Shown one piece after another: positions 28,040 to 39,802 of a stretch of DNA of 64,000 nucleotides. Position 1 is the stretch's first letter, and the number at the start of each line of letters is the position of its first letter. The DNA is taken from IMG/VR virus record IMGVR_UViG_3300032782_000004; one strand, 5' to 3'. The position numbers and the translations under genes are program-made. The stretch comes from a virus. Taxonomy: Duplodnaviria > Heunggongvirae > Uroviricota > Caudoviricetes. Below the pieces are notes generated by a model that made no database searches, was not told the DNA's origin, and saw only the letters and a program-made list of their open reading frames with translations.

Positions 28040-29682
28040 TTGCAGCCTTTGCTCATTTTCTTGAGAGCCGCGGCGAGCCGCGCCAGCCCTTCGTCCTTTT
28101 TCCCGACGAGCGTTTCTTTGAGCCCGTCGCCCGAATCCGTTTCAACCAGATCGAGGAAATTGTCGAGCTTGCCGATGACCGCATGGAGGATGAGTTCATC
28201 GCCGGTGCCGCGAGCAATGACGTATTGAATCAAAACCGGCTCAGTCGTCGAAGCGCCAAAGCGGTGCATACGCGATTCCCATTGTACCAGTTCGCGCGGC
28301 TCCCACACGAGTTCGGCGATAACCCCGACGCTCGCGAACGTAAGATCGATACCGGTCGACGTGCAGTCGATATTTGCGACGAGGCAACAAGCGCCTTCCG
28401 TTTTCTTGAGCTCGTCGATGATCTTGCCTCGACGAGTGATCGGGATCCCCCCGTGGATGAACCGCGTCGGCGCGACGTCGGCGAGGATCTCGGCCGTCTT
28501 CTCGCAAACGGCGCGGCGGTACGTGCCGACAACCACGCGATGGCCGGCTTCGAGATGGCTCTTGATCAGCTCGATCACGCTCTTGAACTTGCCGTCCGCC
28601 GCGCTGTCGAGCGCCATGCGCATGCGGCGCTTATCGCCGACGAGCCGAGCGTTCACGCCGATGCGGTTTCTCGCCGGCACGTCGACATCGACGATCTGAC
28701 GCTGAAGCGCCGGCAGCTCCTTTAGAACTTCCCGCTTGGTGCGGCGAAGGCAAAACCAGTCGAGCCGTTGTCGAAGCTCTTTCAGATTCGACTTGCCATC
28801 GAAGCTCCAGACTGTCTTCAAAGTCCCGTCTGGCCCCGGGACGTCGATCTTCGTGCCGCCGCAATGGCGGATCCCAAATGGAAAAAAGTCCCCGAAGCGG
28901 CCGGGGCTGATCGTCTCGACGATGTTGTAGAGATCTCGAACGCGCTCCGTCGGCGGCGTCCCCGTCAAGGCGATTCGCCCTCGAGCCGCGTGCGCCAACT
29001 CGCGGCACGCTTTCGACCGGCGAGAGCTTGGGTTGAGCAGAATGTGCGCCTCGTCGAAAACGATCGTCAGATTGCTGTCAGCCCACTTGAGCAGCATGTC
29101 AACCCACGCATGGACGATGTCGTAGTGAATAACGACGACATCGGCCGTGCTTGGGACCGACTTCGGCTTGAGGCCGTAAGGCGCAAACACGGTCGCTTGA
29201 GGCCACCACTTGGCGAGCTCGCCGCCCTTGTCGCCGAGACCGGCGGGACGCTCCCATACGCCGCGAACGTGGGCGGGGCAGACGATAACCGTCTTGCGCC
29301 GAAGAGCGCGCGCCGCCTTAGCGGCTTGAAAGCTCTTGCCGCAGCCCATGTCATCGGCCAAGAGCGCCCCCGATCCCGCCTGGTTGATCAGAAAATCGAT
29401 GCCGGTCTTCTGGTACTCACGCGCCCCCTCGTACGACGCGGGCAGATTGTGCGGCCACTCGCGTCGATTCGGCGGCGCGTTTTCGGTCTTCAACCCGAGC
29501 TCTTTCAGGCGCGCAACGACCTGCTCGATCGCGTCGATGTAACCGACGTGGGCGCGCTCCTTCGTGTTCCAGCGCGCGCCCGGTACGATCCGGGCGGCGG
29601 CGTTGAGCTTCGGCGAGTAATAACCGCCGGCGATCGCCCAGAGAGGCGAATCTTCGAGCTGGTAGACGCGAAAGCCGCTCAT
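28036..29682 (-). CDS. SNF2/RAD54-family helicase
   Basis: Motif I LADDMGCGKS, motif II IVFDEAHILLNP, C-terminal helicase motifs (LVANIDCTSTGIDL, WEPRELVQWESRMHRFG). Start at MSGFRV (29680-29682) preceded by AAGAG. Confidence 0.7.
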   Translation of the reverse strand: MSGFRVYQLEDSPLWAIAGGYYSPKLNAAARIVPGARWNTKERAHVGYIDAIEQVVARLKELGLKTENAPPNRREWPHNLPASYEGAREYQKTGIDFLINQAGSGALLADDMGCGKSFQAAKAARALRRKTVIVCPAHVRGVWERPAGLGDKGGELAKWWPQATVFAPYGLKPKSVPSTADVVVIHYDIVHAWVDMLLKWADSNLTIVFDEAHILLNPSSRRSKACRELAHAARGRIALTGTPPTERVRDLYNIVETISPGRFGDFFPFGIRHCGGTKIDVPGPDGTLKTVWSFDGKSNLKELRQRLDWFCLRRTKREVLKELPALQRQIVDVDVPARNRIGVNARLVGDKRRMRMALDSAADGKFKSVIELIKSHLEAGHRVVVGTYRRAVCEKTAEILADVAPTRFIHGGIPITRRGKIIDELKKTEGACCLVANIDCTSTGIDLTFASVGVIAELVWEPRELVQWESRMHRFGASTTEPVLIQYVIARGTGDELILHAVIGKLDNFLDLVETDSGDGLKETLVGKKDEGLARLAAALKKMSKGCK

Positions 29683-29749
29683 TTCTCTTTTTCTTCGAAT
29701 TGATCTTGAAGAAGCGCTTTTAGACGGCCCAGCTACTTCGTTGCTCCCG

Positions 29750-30604
29750 TCACTTCTCCGACTGTATTTGCAACAGCGGGATGGTGTTACCGGCTGTGTA
29801 GGTCGGTAGCTGGCCGTTCCACTTCTCGGCAATGCGCAAACGGATCAGGTCCGGGTTCCCCCTGAGCGCGTTGGCTTCCCGGGTAATAGCGTCGGCGCGC
29901 GCTTTTGACTCTGCTTCTGTCGCATAGGCGGTCGCCTCGGCGGCAAGCGTTTGCTCTTTCGCCTTCGCTTCGGCTTGCGTGATCTTTTGCCGCTTCTCGT
30001 TCTCCGCACGAAGAGCGTCCTGCTCTGCCTTCACTTTCGCTTCGATGCTGGCGTTGAAGTCCTTCGAAAAAGCGAAGTTAGTGACCGCGACGTTCGAAAT
30101 TCGAATCCCGCCGTTGCAGCCGCGAGAATCGAGCGTCTTGGCGACGAAGTCGTTCAGACCTTTTTCGATCTCCGCCTTCACGGCCTCGCGTTTGGTGACG
30201 AGCTCCTCGGCGGTATACTTCGCGGTAACCGCCTTCGTGACCTCTTGAATGGCCGGGTTGAGAATGCCGAGACTCCACGCACCGTCCTCGCTTCCAAACT
30301 TCTGAACCAGACACACGGCCTTGTCCGATGTCGGCGCGTACTGGATCGTCAGCTTCGTGTGCACCTCTTGAAGGTCCTTCGAGACGCACTCGGCGTCGTG
30401 CTCCACCGGCGCCGTCTTCGTGCTGACGTGGATGACGTCGTCCGCAAACAGGTTGTACCAGGCCAATCCTTCGGGGAGCGTAGAAGGTTGCACCGCCCCC
30501 CAGTGTTTTACCACGCCGACCTCGCCGGCATCGATCGTGGAACACCCACATCCGCTCACGAACAGCAGCACAATCAGAAAACACAACAGCTTACCGGTCA
30601 TCAT
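29750..30604 (-). CDS. SPFH/Band-7 (prohibitin/HflKC-like) lipoprotein
   Basis: Signal peptide + lipobox (LLFVSGCGC). SPFH core followed by a long Ala/Glu/Lys coiled coil. Confidence 0.65.
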   Translation of the reverse strand: MMTGKLLCFLIVLLFVSGCGCSTIDAGEVGVVKHWGAVQPSTLPEGLAWYNLFADDVIHVSTKTAPVEHDAECVSKDLQEVHTKLTIQYAPTSDKAVCLVQKFGSEDGAWSLGILNPAIQEVTKAVTAKYTAEELVTKREAVKAEIEKGLNDFVAKTLDSRGCNGGIRISNVAVTNFAFSKDFNASIEAKVKAEQDALRAENEKRQKITQAEAKAKEQTLAAEATAYATEAESKARADAITREANALRGNPDLIRLRIAEKWNGQLPTYTAGNTIPLLQIQSEK

Positions 30605-30706
30605 CGTCTCGACCTGCCCCTTTCGTCACGGCGTTCACGAGCATCGCCACCACGGCGATGACCGTTGTGCACATTATTGCAATTTCGATGATACGGGCCA
30701 TTTAGC
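30602..30706 (-). CDS. small membrane protein coupled to the SPFH gene
   Basis: 34-aa ORF, not in the supplied track (too short). MARIIEIAIMCTTVIAVVAMLVNAVTKG. AGGTGGG RBS. ATGATGA overlap with the SPFH start. Confidence 0.35.
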
Positions 30707-30858
30707 CCACCTTTCCTGCGAGCGCCTTTTCCTTTTCTGCGAGCGCCTCTTCGTAGAAACGGATGATCGTTGCCCAGAACAGCGCGTCGAGGATCGCCCC
30801 TCTTTTGTGGTACGCCGACACGGCGTTTTGAGCGGCTTCTCGAAAGTTCGTTTCATGC

Positions 30859-31749
30859 TTATCCGGTTAGCGCCCAACGGACGCTCCTGATGAACGTCGC
30901 CGCAACTTGTGGGACGATGGCATTGCCATAGGCGCGCAGCTTGCCCACGCGGGCGGGTACCCCATGAGCCAGCGGGAATGTTCCGGGTTCAACTGGCCGC
31001 CGCTTGCCGTCTTGGCAGTCGACCCACTCGCAATTACCCCAAGCACTTGGCGCGGCAACGGCCTGCCCTTCGTGCCGTACTGCTCCGCGTCCGTTTTCCG
31101 ACCTCTGTCCGAGCGATGGTCCCTTGCCGCTGGGGTCGCCCACGAAGAAAGGCTCGCGAGTGTGTTCAGATCGTGTCCGCGGGTCCCGCGCTGAACCTCT
31201 TTCAGAGACCCCTCCAACGTGCGGACGCCCTTGTCCGCGTCCGACTTTCGAGGAGTAGGCCACGAAGTAGAGTCTTTGCCTGATGTGCGGGGCACCGACG
31301 CCCGCAGCGCACAGATCCGACGCCCCGACGGCGTAGCCCGCTCCTTCCAGGTCAGCGTAAACAATGTCGAGCCACCGGAGCCCGTCAGGGCTCGCAACCT
31401 GTTCTCCAAAGACGACTGGAGGTCGACACTGGCGGATGAGCTCGAACCAGACAGGCCATAGGTGACGCTCGTCGGTGAATCCTTTCCTGCGCCCGCTTTG
31501 TGAGAACGGTTGACACGGACAGCTTCCGGTCCACACCGGCTCGTCGTCTGGCCATCCTGCGAGACGGAGCGCGTAGGACCATCCGCCGAGTCCCGCGAAA
31601 AAGTGAGCCTGTTGCCGCCCCGCGAGATCGGAGGCGGCGAGTTCTTGGATGCTACGCGGATCGATTGCGCCGGTGGCGATGTGACCCGCACGCTCGAGGT
31701 TTTGGAGCCATTCGACGGCATAGGGTTCGTTTTCGTTATAGAAGTTCAT
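30859..31749 (-). CDS. DNA (cytosine-5)-methyltransferase
   Basis: Motif I FFAGLGGW, motif IV SCPCQPFSQSG, motif VI FGEQV, motif X GNAIVPQVA. Confidence 0.75.
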   Translation of the reverse strand: MNFYNENEPYAVEWLQNLERAGHIATGAIDPRSIQELAASDLAGRQQAHFFAGLGGWSYALRLAGWPDDEPVWTGSCPCQPFSQSGRRKGFTDERHLWPVWFELIRQCRPPVVFGEQVASPDGLRWLDIVYADLEGAGYAVGASDLCAAGVGAPHIRQRLYFVAYSSKVGRGQGRPHVGGVSERGSARDPRTRSEHTREPFFVGDPSGKGPSLGQRSENGRGAVRHEGQAVAAPSAWGNCEWVDCQDGKRRPVEPGTFPLAHGVPARVGKLRAYGNAIVPQVAATFIRSVRWALTG

Positions 31750-31792
31750 TGGGCGTTAACCGGATAAGCATGGTTCGTTTTATCGAGGACGC

Positions 31793-33301
31793 TCACCGTA
31801 GTACCATCAAGCGTGAGGCCGCACGCGTTATGGCAGTGTAAAGCCAACGCCGCCAATCCTCGTCCGAGACCGGTCCCGGCCGTTCGACGAGTACGACGAG
31901 ATCGTCGAACTGCGAGCCTTGCTGCTTGTGCACAGTCATGGCGTATCCGTAATCGAAGAGCGCCCCAGCCATCGCGAACGAGTGGATGCCCGTCTCCTTC
32001 GCGAGCTCCTCCGACGACGCGAACGTCTTCTCGCGTCCGAACTGCTGCCGAAGCATCTCGTACTCACGCGCCGCGATCCCGTCGTCCGGAAACTCGATGG
32101 GTCCGACGAGCTGCGTCTCGCTCTCTCCGATCTCGACGCCTTTCGCGTTGACGTTCTTCTTCGAGACGGCGTCTGATATCAAAACACCGCGCATGCCGTT
32201 GTAAATCGGCTCGTCGAGCGATCCGCGTGACGGCTTCATGTTGCGCAAGCAAATGACGTGTTCGCCGGCACGTGGAAGCTCGCGCCCGCTGCGGGCGACG
32301 CCGCGAATTCGTCGGATCATCGCGTTGACGCCTACTCGACGCCTGTTCGTGTAAACAGACATGCCCATCTCGAGGAGCCGCGCAGCGTCCGCCTCCCCGT
32401 AACGCTCTTCGAGCACTCGCTCGAGAAAGCGTAGGCGTTCGAAGCGCACCGCTTCGCCGGGGAGGCTATCGGGGAGCCGTCCCTCTTCGCGAACCATCTT
32501 CGATAGCGCGATGATCGGATTGCCTTCCGCCTGCCGATGAATTTTTTCGAGACGAAGGTTCGGATTCCTCATCAAGCTTCCGACGCCGCCGACCGGCGGG
32601 AGCTGGCCATGATCGCCGATCGCAAAAATCGGAACACCGAAACTCTTCAAATCACGAAGTATCTCGTCGTCTATCATCGATGCCTCGTCGACGGCGATGA
32701 GCGTGTAGTTGCGGTCGAGGAGTTCGCGGCGGATCCATTCCTTGCCGCGACAGATCTTGCACGTCCCGTCGACCTTCTCCGGCGAAACGCGAAACGCCTT
32801 CGGCTTGATCGCCTCGAACTGAACGACTGTCATCCCGTGCCGGTGGTCGGCTTTGCAAATCGCAACACCGTTGCTCGCTCCGACACCGACGCTGGTGAAT
32901 GAGAGCTCGTTGACGCAATCCTTCGTCGGGCACGGCTTCTTGACCTCGACGCGCTTCGGCTCGCGGCAATCGCATGGCCGATAGATGAGCGAGTGGATCG
33001 TGCCGCAATAGGGGCGCTCGTCGTGTGACGGAAGGCCGTCTTTTCGCGGCTGCACGCCGATAGTTCCGATGCCCGCCGCAATGAGCTTGCGTTTCAAGAC
33101 GCTTGCGGCTTTGCCCGTATACGCGCAGAACGCGATCGGGGGCTCGAGGACTTCGGCGACGAGCGAGACGACGGTGCTCTTCCCACTTCCAGCGTATCCT
33201 GCGAGAGTGAGAACTGGACTGTCGGCGTTGCGCGCCCAGCGAACGACAGCATCGTATGCGACACGCTGATCGGGGGAAAGATCTTTGACTGTAAGGCTCA
33301 T
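31793..33301 (-). CDS. RecD/Dda-like superfamily 1 DNA helicase with Cys-rich insertion
   Basis: Walker A GYAGSGKST, Walker B LIAVDEASMI, C-terminal HKQQGSQFDDLVVLV...YTAITRA. A CxxC/CxC-rich insert lies between motifs. Confidence 0.65.
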   Translation of the reverse strand: MSLTVKDLSPDQRVAYDAVVRWARNADSPVLTLAGYAGSGKSTVVSLVAEVLEPPIAFCAYTGKAASVLKRKLIAAGIGTIGVQPRKDGLPSHDERPYCGTIHSLIYRPCDCREPKRVEVKKPCPTKDCVNELSFTSVGVGASNGVAICKADHRHGMTVVQFEAIKPKAFRVSPEKVDGTCKICRGKEWIRRELLDRNYTLIAVDEASMIDDEILRDLKSFGVPIFAIGDHGQLPPVGGVGSLMRNPNLRLEKIHRQAEGNPIIALSKMVREEGRLPDSLPGEAVRFERLRFLERVLEERYGEADAARLLEMGMSVYTNRRRVGVNAMIRRIRGVARSGRELPRAGEHVICLRNMKPSRGSLDEPIYNGMRGVLISDAVSKKNVNAKGVEIGESETQLVGPIEFPDDGIAAREYEMLRQQFGREKTFASSEELAKETGIHSFAMAGALFDYGYAMTVHKQQGSQFDDLVVLVERPGPVSDEDWRRWLYTAITRAASRLMVLR

Positions 33302-33666
33302 TTTTTGGCGCTTCCTTCGTACTTCTTCTTGAGACGTGCGAGTTCTACGCGCTCCTCGCGTTCGATCTCCTCTGCTTCTTGCTTCACAGCTTGAGCGTAC
33401 AAATCAAGTCGTATGACTACATCGCGTAACGCCTGTTCGACCGGACGAGGCGGCCACAACGTCTTTTTCGACATCATGCGGAACGTTTCGACACGGACGG
33501 CCGGTGTGGAAAAACGCACCCCGTAGAAACCACTTCGGCCATAGTGGGCGATAAATCCGAACGACGATCGAAAAACAGCGTACAGCTCTTCCGTGAAAAG
33601 TTTCGGCTTGTAGCCGGATTTCACGAATCGCTCGAACGCGGCGGTGACCTTTTTGACGTCGCTCAT
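33298..33666 (-). CDS. hypothetical protein
   Basis: 122 aa, ATGA-coupled to the RecD-like gene. Confidence 0.35.
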   Translation of the reverse strand: MSDVKKVTAAFERFVKSGYKPKLFTEELYAVFRSSFGFIAHYGRSGFYGVRFSTPAVRVETFRMMSKKTLWPPRPVEQALRDVVIRLDLYAQAVKQEAEEIEREERVELARLKKKYEGSAKK

Positions 33667-33907
33667 GGCTCCACCTTGCCCGACTCAACTTTGGCGACAG
33701 TCATCTCCGCACCGGTGCAACCGCTAGACGACGACAACGGCGAATCAGTTTCGACGGACCCGGCAGGCCGTTTCATGAGCGCGCTCTTACCCGCAGGATC
33801 GACGACGATCACTTCCCATCCGTGACTGCCGCAATGGTTGAGCATGGCTTGTATGTCCTTTGCGTAGGGCGTCGGGAGCGGGACCAGCATGTACTCCCAC
33901 TTGATCA
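33663..33907 (-). CDS. small DUF4177-like protein (GTG start)
   Basis: GTGA overlap with the stop of the 33905..34381 gene. Product (M)IKWEYMLVPLPTPYAKDIQAMLNHCGSHGWEVIVVD. The longer listed ORF 33663..34055 would overlap the upstream gene by 150 nt. Confidence 0.35.
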
Positions 33908-34381
33908 CGAGTCGCTCCCTCTGCACTTTGGGCCTAGGCCCGTCGCGATCGACATCGGATCCGTAAGTCGCCGTCCGCAGCGCCCACAGCGCCCCTCGTG
34001 CCAAACGCCGAGCTCCGGATGCATTTTCCCGGCTGTCAGGTGCGACCAGATCCACGTGAAGGCAACCGCGCTCGGCGCGCTCGGCGCGATCCGACTCTTA
34101 CGGCCGTGCGTGTAGACCGCGCTGCGAAAGATGCATCCGAGGTACTCGTACGAGTCCGGCCGCGTCAGCACCGCCACGAAGTGTGACGGCGCCCCGCCGC
34201 CGCTGCGGCACATCTGGATGCGGTACGTGAACCGGGTACCTGTTCGCTCCGACTGAAACGTGACGTGAGCGTTGCCGGCAAGCATGAAAGCGACGGTGCG
34301 TGCTGGATCGAACAACCGCGCGCGCGGGCCCGGGGCGTTCTCGTCCGTCGTCATTGAAATTTCGTGTGCGACTAGAGCCAT
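33905..34381 (-). CDS. hypothetical protein with C-terminal CGRCGRR...GPKCRG motif
   Basis: 158 aa. First gene of the leftward operon after the strand switch. Confidence 0.3.
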   Translation of the reverse strand: MALVAHEISMTTDENAPGPRARLFDPARTVAFMLAGNAHVTFQSERTGTRFTYRIQMCRSGGGAPSHFVAVLTRPDSYEYLGCIFRSAVYTHGRKSRIAPSAPSAVAFTWIWSHLTAGKMHPELGVWHEGRCGRCGRRLTDPMSIATGLGPKCRGSDS

Positions 34382-34581
34382 TCTGTTTCTATGCGCCTTT
34401 CTTACTCTTTCTGTACGGCATCGGCAAGAGAGATCTTCCTTAGGTTCCCGCCGATCAAAAATGCCGGTCCAAACGAGGATGTCGTATGCCGCTTACAGCT
34501 CCTTTCGCGGGCGCCTAGAAAACCGCCGGAGCAGCCCCTCTTGACCGCCTCCGAAATTCAGCGGAAACTGCCCTCTACAAG
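34382..34581. promoter_or_regulatory. divergent intergenic region (strand switch; probable bidirectional promoters)
   Basis: Lower-GC 200-bp gap between the minus-strand gene (start 34381) and the plus-strand gene (start 34582). Confidence 0.25.
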
Positions 34582-34911
34582 ATGAGTGACCCCCCGCGAC
34601 GTCGAGTCGTTGCGGCCCCTGCGCGCCGGATGAAACCGGAGTTGCAAGCGGTCCGGGCGATCCTCGAGCCCGACGATGACGAGCTCGTCGTCTTGCGGCT
34701 CGAGGCGGATGTCGCCGTCGACGTCGGCGTGCAGGCGGTATTCACGAGCGCCGGCGTCGGAGGGATCGAACCGGACATCTCGCCCGTAGAACTCGACGAG
34801 TTGATCTCGGAGGAATGGCGTACGCTCCGGCACGGGCTCATGGCGGCCGGCGTCTCGAGCACGCAGCTACCCGTCGCGCACGATCGCGACTGGATCGAAT
34901 GGAAAACATGA
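34582..34911 (+). CDS. hypothetical protein
   Basis: 109-aa ORF, first after the strand switch. Confidence 0.3.
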   Translation: MSDPPRRRVVAAPARRMKPELQAVRAILEPDDDELVVLRLEADVAVDVGVQAVFTSAGVGGIEPDISPVELDELISEEWRTLRHGLMAAGVSSTQLPVAHDRDWIEWKT

Positions 34912-35213
34912 TGACGTCGAAACAGATCGAGGCGCTACTCGAGAGAACGTACGAGGCCGTCGAGCGCATCGCACGCGAACTCGGCGAGAACAGCCCAGAC
35001 ATCAACGACGCCTCCGCGAAGGAGCTACACAAGCTCGGGCAACAGGCCCGCGAGCTTGCCGACCGCGTGCGCGTGCTGCAAGGGCAGATACAGAAACGGT
35101 ACGAGGTGTACTCGAATGCGGCCGGTGTCGAAGAGGCGCTCGCGGAGACAGCGGACAGCCTCGCGGACGAGCTAGAGGCGATCGCGGTGCAGCTCGAGGA
35201 CTACCAAGACTAG
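34886..35213 (+). CDS. coiled-coil hypothetical protein
   Basis: MENMMTSKQIEALLERTYEAVERIAREL... is helical and charged. Confidence 0.35.
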
Positions 35214-35227
35214 ATCGGAGAAAGACG

Positions 35228-36549
<1,322 letters not shown>

Positions 36550-36550
<1 letters not shown>

Positions 36551-36945
36551 TGTTCCCTCTCCTCTGGCTTCTAGTAGCTGGCGGTATCGGCGCCGGTACC
36601 GCGCTCCTCGTAAAGCGCGCTTCCGAAACCACGGTGACCATGATCCCCGGTCAAGTCTGGACGATGGTCGCCGTCGTCACGCCGTCCAAGCAGTGGACGG
36701 ACATCTCCAAAGGAATGGTCGCCAGCGCCATCCGTCAAGCACTCGCCGGCATCGGTGTTTACGTCATCGACGGGTTCTGGAGTAACACCTACCAGTTCAC
36801 CGTCGCGGCTTCCGTCATCTCGACAACGCAGCTCAAGGACGCGACGCTACTCTCACTCAACTCGGAATGGGCTTCGCAAGCAAAGATTACGCAGATCAAC
36901 CAAGCGCCGGCGGAAGTCCCGGTGATGACACCCAAGTTTCCGTGA
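36550..36945 (+). CDS. membrane protein
   Basis: N-terminal TM MFPLLWLLVAGGIGAGTALLV. ATGA overlap with the upstream gene. Confidence 0.4.
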
Positions 36946-37088
36946 AAGGACAAGTCAAAGTGGCGAAGAAGAAGCATTCGACCAAGAGAGCGGCACCGCG
37001 TGGGGCTTCCGGCGACGAACAGGCAGGCGATTTCGCATCATCGATTATGATGACACTCGGCTACGAGTGGATTTGAAAGGGCACGGCG

Positions 37089-38558
37089 ATGGCAAAACGG
37101 TACATTGGAGATGCGATCATCACGATCGAGTACGTCGACGGCAACGAGTATCGCGGCACGATCCGCGTCAGCGGCCACACTTGGAGGTTCTCGGATCTTC
37201 ACGCCCCAACCGCCGGATTCAACTTCGCGTACGACTCGCCTCGCGCGTACGACGAGATGGCCCAAAGCGCCGTGTCGTTCGGATCGTACTACGCGACCGG
37301 CAACCGCGGAGACGACGCGCCGGATTGGGCGCCATCGGCGGAAACCGCCGACGCTATCGCCGAAGCGACAGAGTGGGCGATGAACGATAGAGGCGAGTAC
37401 GAAGTACGACGAAGCGCGGAAGGATCAGCGCGGGAGGCGGAGCATCGCGTCGCCGATTTCAACACTCTCGACGATCTCATCGAGCACGCGCGCAAGGAAG
37501 GCGCGACGCACGTCTACAAGGGGCACAAGAGTTGGGGTGATCCGAACGAGGCTTACCTCTACTTCCCTCGCGGAGACGGCTCCTACGAGGAGGCAGGCGT
37601 CTACAACGAGCGAGGGTATTTTCACGTCCCCGCTCAAACGTCTCGAGGGACAGTGCCGCAACTGCCGCGCAACGCTTATCCGATCAAGAATCCGCGGTGG
37701 GAACAAAGATCAGTGGATCTGAGCGAATCTCGTGAAACCGCTTCCAACGCAACGCGGTTCAAGCATCTACTACACGGCACTAGATTCAAGTTCGTAGATC
37801 CGACGAATCAAGATCATCCCGGTTTCGGTCGTGAGGACTGGACGTGGGTGAAAACGGGCCACAACACGTACCGCAGCCCGCTGTCCCCGCCGGGGCGCAA
37901 GTACGAACACCGCACGGACGTCAACGTGCTGGTCGTGCCCGAGCACGAGGAGACCCACGAGGCGCACGATTTGAGCGAACGCAGACGCAGCGACAACTAC
38001 GTTCGACTCTACAAGGTGATCGCACAGGGAAACGTCATGACGCATTTGGGGCGCCAGACGTTCTCGAAAACACAGGCCGAAGATCTCGCAAACGACTTGA
38101 GACGACGAGGTTACGGCGACGTCCGTATCGAACGCTGGGGACCGAAAAACCTATCCGAATCTTCTGTCGTCCGCGACTACATTGCCGTCGACCGCAACGA
38201 CCGCAAGGTCGCCGGCCCCTTCCGAACCCGTCACGAGGCCGATCGGCATGTGCCCGAAGGCGGGTACGTGAAGTTCACCTCGTCGCAATTCCGGCGGCCG
38301 CCGCCGGCGCCCTCATCGTATCCGATGTTCCGCGAAGGCTCTAAACGAGGTTTCAGACCCGGAGCGCGTGTTCGCGTTACGGATAACGACTCGATGTACC
38401 GCGGCTGGACCGGAACCGTAGTCTCGCCTGACGTGAACCGTACAGCGCATCTCGGCAATCACGAACGTGCTCTTCTCCAGCACGGCGCCGTACTCGTAGA
38501 GACCGGCGGCGGGAAGTTGTTCGTTGTCTACCCGCACGCCCTCGTGCGCAAAGCATGA
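37089..38558 (+). CDS. hypothetical protein
   Basis: 489-aa ORF with globular composition (Y/W/H-rich). No motif recognised. Confidence 0.45.
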   Translation: MAKRYIGDAIITIEYVDGNEYRGTIRVSGHTWRFSDLHAPTAGFNFAYDSPRAYDEMAQSAVSFGSYYATGNRGDDAPDWAPSAETADAIAEATEWAMNDRGEYEVRRSAEGSAREAEHRVADFNTLDDLIEHARKEGATHVYKGHKSWGDPNEAYLYFPRGDGSYEEAGVYNERGYFHVPAQTSRGTVPQLPRNAYPIKNPRWEQRSVDLSESRETASNATRFKHLLHGTRFKFVDPTNQDHPGFGREDWTWVKTGHNTYRSPLSPPGRKYEHRTDVNVLVVPEHEETHEAHDLSERRRSDNYVRLYKVIAQGNVMTHLGRQTFSKTQAEDLANDLRRRGYGDVRIERWGPKNLSESSVVRDYIAVDRNDRKVAGPFRTRHEADRHVPEGGYVKFTSSQFRRPPPAPSSYPMFREGSKRGFRPGARVRVTDNDSMYRGWTGTVVSPDVNRTAHLGNHERALLQHGAVLVETGGGKLFVVYPHALVRKA

Positions 38559-38595
38559 GAAAGAGTTGCGCCAAGAGGGCGAGAATGACGAGTGA

Positions 38596-38836
38596 TCAAT
38601 CGTCGTCCTTCGACCGCTTTTTCGCCGTTGGTGTTCCCGGGCTCGTCGGTAACTCCTCATCGAACTCGCGAATTACCGCCGCCGCCATTTCGGGGGCGCG
38701 ATCGAGCGGCACGCGCCAGTATCGTTCGAAGATCAAACGCAAACAGCCGCACCGTCGACACCAGACCGCTTGGCCCATCATCGCGTGCCAGTAGCTTCCG
38801 CCGCAGGCGCATGTCTCACTGAGCGGAACGTTGGCC
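38596..38836 (-). CDS. small zinc-ribbon protein
   Basis: Internal start MANVPLSETCACGG...CRRCGC. Convergent with the upstream plus-strand gene. Confidence 0.35.
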
Positions 38837-38882
38837 ATTTTCAGGGTTGTCTCGAGTCCTCGAGCCGAGGTAATCCCGCGAG

Positions 38883-39425
38883 ATGCACGCGCTAGCACTC
38901 TACCTCTCGATGGTTCTCGCCTCCATTGCGCCCCACGTCGAACAGGGTCGCAGGGAAGCGATTGCGCAGGACGTCGCCGCCGCGACGCTATCGGAAACGC
39001 GAGCGTTCGAGGATGACGCGAACGGCCAAAAAACGGCGCTTCTCCTCCTTTCGATCGCGCATTACGAGACCGGAAAGTCATGGGCGTCCTGGATCGACGA
39101 CGGCCGGTGCAATGACCCCGCATGGCGCGCACGACACGCCGCCTGGCTTCGGGGCGGCGATTGCGACGGCGGGCACGCTTACTCAATGTGGCAGGTTCAT
39201 GTGCCACGAGCGCTCGGTCGGGCTCTGAGCGCCGATCGACAGGAAGCGGCGCGCACCGCCCTCCGCTACGCGCGCGCGAGTCTCAAGCTCGGCGTCGGGC
39301 TCTGCGCGTACTCGGGGGAGCACTATCCGCATTGCCGGCTGGCCGCCAGGCGCCTCGAGACAGCACACGCGTGGGCGCTACAATTCCCGTATCCGAGTGA
39401 AAATCGATCACAGGCGTCGCGCTGA
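38883..39425 (+). CDS. putative lysozyme-like/lytic transglycosylase-like protein
   Basis: HYETGKSW...GHAYSMWQV resembles the E...G-L-M-Q core of SLT/lysozyme-like domains. Weak. Confidence 0.3.
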   Translation: MHALALYLSMVLASIAPHVEQGRREAIAQDVAAATLSETRAFEDDANGQKTALLLLSIAHYETGKSWASWIDDGRCNDPAWRARHAAWLRGGDCDGGHAYSMWQVHVPRALGRALSADRQEAARTALRYARASLKLGVGLCAYSGEHYPHCRLAARRLETAHAWALQFPYPSENRSQASR

Positions 39426-39591
39426 GAAGCTCCCGCAGATCGCTCAACTCAGGCGAGAGGTCGCCGCGTTGAGAGACGAGATCGCCGAGATCAAACGCAT
39501 GCTCTCCGGCTTTCAGACGGACGTCTTGAACGGCCTAGCGCGTGAGATCAACCGGCGCCCCTCGTCGATCCCGCCGCCGAAAAAATCCTGA
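39397..39591 (+). CDS. small coiled-coil protein
   Basis: 64 aa. Confidence 0.25.
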   Translation: MKIDHRRRAEKLPQIAQLRREVAALRDEIAEIKRMLSGFQTDVLNGLAREINRRPSSIPPPKKS

Positions 39592-39802
39592 TTGCGGTCG
39601 TCATGGAGGCTTGACGATCGACATCCATCTACGACCGCGACGTGCTCGCAGTTCTGACAATTCGACCGCTGCTTGACGGTCCTTCATCCATCGCAACGCC
39701 TGTTAGAAACGATTTGGTCTTCCGACTGATAATCGTCGTCTGTCACGGCACTTCTTGCAGGCCACCCGACGAGGAGATTCACGTCGCCTTTCGCCGCCTC
39801 GG

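Noticed and set aside
30674-30877. 67-aa Arg/Lys/Ser-rich ORF between the MTase and the small membrane protein
   Set aside because: Implausible composition. The adjacent frame reads like protein but lacks a start codon, so it is left unannotated.
28036-31749. DISARM-like defence system
   Set aside because: SNF2 helicase plus C5-MTase are present, but DUF1998 and PLD components are absent and the genes are separated by an unrelated SPFH cassette.
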